In this document: in pieces, positions 61,712-64,000 of the stretch
Position numbering within the stretch: position 1 is the stretch's first letter
Layout of the letters: each line of letters opens with the position of its first letter
Origin: Tepidiformaceae bacterium
GTDB taxonomy: Bacteria > Chloroflexota > Dehalococcoidia > Tepidiformales > Tepidiformaceae
Length of the DNA: 64,000 nt
Assembly: GCA_965247675.1 (NCBI GenBank)
Contig: OZ252025.1
Location: 2,525,153 to 2,589,152 of the forward strand
Direction of reading: 5' to 3'
Notes under the pieces: generated by a model
What the model was told of the DNA's origin: nothing
What the model saw: only the letters and a program-made list of their open reading frames with translations
Databases searched by the model: none
Translations under genes and position numbers: made by a program

Positions 61712-62971
61712 CTACTCGCGCGCCGCCAGGTCGACCGTCTCGGTGCCGAGGGTGACGGCGTTCCCCCCGTCTGCCCACGTGTGAATGCTGTAGACGGCGA
61801 CCGTCGGATCACCCTTCGGGCTGAGGTTGATCGGCCCGCTTACGCCGCTGTAGTCGATGTCCTGCCCCTCGTCGATGAGGGCGGCGCACTCGCCGTAGCT
61901 GCCGCAGGCGACGCCCTCGTGCGTGAGGCCCGTGATCGCCTCCATCATCGCCTCGCCATCGCTGGGGTCCCCAACGATGCGGGCCGCCAGGGCCAGCAGG
62001 ATGACGCAGTCGTATCCCTCGGCGCCGTAGGCCAGGTAGTCGCCTGCCTCGGCCCTGAGCCGCTCCTGGAAGGCCTCGTTGCCCTTCGCCGTCTGCGAGA
62101 TGCCCAGCATCCCATCGAGTACGGACGGGTTGGAGGCGTCGACTGACTCCCACAGCGTCGTCCTGTAGAGCCCGGTGGCCGCCAGCTGCCGCTCCGGCCC
62201 GATGCCGGACTCGAGCAGCTGGCGCACCGTCTCGGAGCCGTCGCTGCTGAAGCCGAGGTTGATGACCATGTCCGGCTCGTAGTTCACCACCGCCGTGACC
62301 TCGGCGCTGTAGGAGGCTGTCTCGGGGTCGTAGAGGACGGACAGCGTTTCGGCGCCGAGCTTGTCGAATTCGTCGACGAGCAGCGATTCGAGCGCGTTCC
62401 CCCAGGCGTCCGCGCGGCCGATGATGGCGATGCGCGTCGCCCCCCGCGAGACGACCACGTCGGCGATGACGGGCGCCATGGCGGTGTCGGGCGGGATCGT
62501 GCGGAAGTAGTAGGCGGCGTTCTCCTGCGTGGTGAACACGGGCGAGGTGTTCGAGGGCGAGCACTGCGGGACCTGCTCGTCGAACAACGTCTGCACGAAC
62601 GCCTGCGAGACGGACGAGGCACCCGCCCCGACGATGACGTGCGCGCCCTCGCCGAGCAGCCGCCGGGCGCCTTCGAGGCCGGTCGCGGGGTTTGTGCCGG
62701 AGTCGGCGAGCGTGAGCGTGACCTGCCCGCCCTGGGCGTTCACGTCCTCCACGGCCAGCCGCACGGCGGCGATGATGGGCACGCCCAGGAACGCCAGCGA
62801 CCCCGTCTCGGGCAGAACCGCGCCGATGTGCAGCGCCACCGGCTCGCTGCTCTCGGCCGGGGCGCGGGGCCCCTCATCCCCACCACTCCCGTCACCTCCG
62901 CAGGCCGCGATGACCAGCGCGAGAAGCGCCGCTCCCGTGACGACGGCGAGCCACCGTCCAGCTGGTCGCAC
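61712..62971 (-). CDS. ABC transporter substrate-binding lipoprotein, LivK/Peripla_BP_6 (branched-chain amino acid type)
   Basis: Lipobox LALVIAACGG. IGAVLPETGSLAFLGVPIIAAVRLAVEDVNAQGG is typical of the family. GTG 62971 is preceded by GGAAGGA. The upstream part of ORF 61712..63400 is antisense to the SDR. Confidence 0.8.
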   Translation of the reverse strand: MRPAGRWLAVVTGAALLALVIAACGGDGSGGDEGPRAPAESSEPVALHIGAVLPETGSLAFLGVPIIAAVRLAVEDVNAQGGQVTLTLADSGTNPATGLEGARRLLGEGAHVIVGAGASSVSQAFVQTLFDEQVPQCSPSNTSPVFTTQENAAYYFRTIPPDTAMAPVIADVVVSRGATRIAIIGRADAWGNALESLLVDEFDKLGAETLSVLYDPETASYSAEVTAVVNYEPDMVINLGFSSDGSETVRQLLESGIGPERQLAATGLYRTTLWESVDASNPSVLDGMLGISQTAKGNEAFQERLRAEAGDYLAYGAEGYDCVILLALAARIVGDPSDGEAMMEAITGLTHEGVACGSYGECAALIDEGQDIDYSGVSGPINLSPKGDPTVAVYSIHTWADGGNAVTLGTETVDLAARE

Positions 62972-63092
62972 CGGTACCGTCCTTCCCGGCCGCCAGGCCA
63001 CTCCAGGACCGAACAGCCTGGACGATACCAGAGCGTGCCCGCTCAACCGGTCCGGTTCTCCGATAGACTGCGCGCCGCAACGGAGGTACCGC

Positions 63093-63893
63093 GTGAACGA
63101 GTTTCGGGGCAAGACAGCAGTCGTGACGGGAGGCGCCGGGGGCATCGGCCGCGCCATGGCGCTCACGTTCGCGGGCGAGGGCATGAACGTCGTCATCGCC
63201 GACGTGGAGATGGATACCGCGGCGGCCACGGCCGCCGAGATCGAGGCCAGGGGCGTCCGCTGCATCACGGTCGAGACGGACGTCTCCAGCCGCGCCTCGG
63301 TGGGCAACCTCGCCGACCGCGCCTTCGACGAGATGGGGGGCGTGCACGTCCTCTGCAACAACGCCGGCGTCGTCTCCATGGGCCCCTCCCACCTGCTCAC
63401 CGATCACGACTGGGACTGGGTCATCGGCGTCGACCTGCTCGGCGTCATCTACGGCATCCAGGCGTTCCTGAAGCGCATGGTCGACCAGGACGAGGAGTGT
63501 CACATCGTCAGCACGGCCTCGATCGCCGGTCTGGTGGCGCATCCCGGCATCGCGCCCTACAACGTCGCCAAGTTCGGCGTCGTCGCCCTCACGGAGTCGC
63601 TGCGGCTGGACCTCGCGCAGACGAAGGTGAGCGCCTCCGTCCTCTGCCCCGGCGGCGTGCGCACGCGCATTATGGAATCGGATCGCAACCGCCCGCAGGA
63701 ACTCGGCGGCCCGGGCGACTTCCAGGCGCGCGCGGGGGCAATGCCCCCCGCCCCCATCGACCCCATGATCGTCGGCCAGCGCGTCCTCGACGCCATCCGC
63801 GCGGATGCGCCCTACATCGTCACCCACAAGGAGCAGAAGGCGATGGTCGAGGGCCGCTTCAACCCCATCCTGGAGGCTTTCGACCGGCTGTAG
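63093..63893 (+). CDS. SDR-family oxidoreductase
   Basis: In frame within ORF 62529..63893. GTG 63093 follows a GGAGG SD. Motifs TGGAGGIGRA, NNAG and YNVAKFGV. Confidence 0.85.
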   Translation: MNEFRGKTAVVTGGAGGIGRAMALTFAGEGMNVVIADVEMDTAAATAAEIEARGVRCITVETDVSSRASVGNLADRAFDEMGGVHVLCNNAGVVSMGPSHLLTDHDWDWVIGVDLLGVIYGIQAFLKRMVDQDEECHIVSTASIAGLVAHPGIAPYNVAKFGVVALTESLRLDLAQTKVSASVLCPGGVRTRIMESDRNRPQELGGPGDFQARAGAMPPAPIDPMIVGQRVLDAIRADAPYIVTHKEQKAMVEGRFNPILEAFDRL

Positions 63894-63932
63894 GGATGTA
63901 CCGGCATCGGCCAGTCGTTGTAAGCTGACAGC

Positions 63933-64000
63933 ATGAGCCATCGGGCCCAGGTCACCCTTACCGATGAGCAGTACGCTCGCCTGTGCGACGAGGCGCGGCG
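63933..64000 (+). CDS. 5' end of a small CDS, possibly a ribbon-helix-helix antitoxin (runs off the window)
   Basis: ATG 63933. MSHRAQVTLTDEQYARLCDEARR resembles RHH/CopG-type N-termini. Only 22 codons are visible. Confidence 0.3.
   Translation, partial: MSHRAQVTLTDEQYARLCDEAR

Overview
Visibly GC-rich bacterial chromosomal window (G+C not computed). Coding is dense, and the many long antisense ORFs in the track are shadow frames. No rRNA and no CRISPR array were found. I could not place the organism beyond a high-GC lineage that uses TANNNT -10 boxes and many leaderless mRNAs, which fits Actinomycetota or Chloroflexota.

Gene content, left to right:
- **Housekeeping (1-6.8 kb):** HAD phosphatase, moaC, lysA, an SRPBCC/TIGR01777 epimerase pair and a RidA-family protein.
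- **Partition/insertase block (6.9-14 kb, minus strand):** parB, parA, a PfkB kinase, khpB(jag), yidC and a PQQ-like lipoprotein. A 655-bp spacer carrying three perfect parS palindromes follows, then yidD, rnpA and rpmH. rpmH is GTG-started and absent from the ORF track.
- **Cell wall (14-17.5 kb):** an SLT lytic transglycosylase and alr.
- **Accessory stretch (17.5-21.2 kb):** HigB with a HigA-ImmA/IrrE fusion protein, then two decayed IS5-like copies flanking a lower-GC membrane gene.
- **21.2-25 kb:** a methyltransferase, an M23 peptidase, DUF302, tRNA-Pro(CGG), and an SDR whose 5' end carries an in-frame 11-unit 33/36-bp tandem repeat.
- **25-35 kb:** a tandem triplication of secreted NHL-repeat beta-propeller genes (one frameshifted), a 159-bp MITE with the same inverted repeats as the IS copies, and a PT-linker lipoprotein plus a fragment of its paralog.
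- **35.5-45 kb:** two divergent ~1100-aa double-FtsX permeases, a NYN-domain gene and two MacB-type ATPases.
- **45-48 kb:** hicB, then an SCP2-like / AAA-ATPase / DUF4276 cassette with the DUF4276 gene frameshifted.
- **48-64 kb:** ClC channel, groESL with a CIRCE operator, a heterodimeric ABC exporter, obg, a crotonase, a Doc toxin with a small antitoxin, ccdA, a LivK-like binding protein and a second SDR.

Most interesting observations:
1. A bipartite upstream motif (TAATTC, 14 nt, TANNGT) with invariant spacing precedes six secreted or unknown genes.
2. The SCP2-like/ATPase/DUF4276 cassette has a defence-like architecture.
3. The twin FtsX/NYN/ATPase locus has a near-consensus promoter flanked by a repeated ~46-bp element.
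4. The in-frame SERAADER tandem repeat recurs as a dispersed ~30-bp motif upstream of the ATPase cassette.
5. The NHL triplication retains duplication scars and carries an unrecognised twin N-terminal module.
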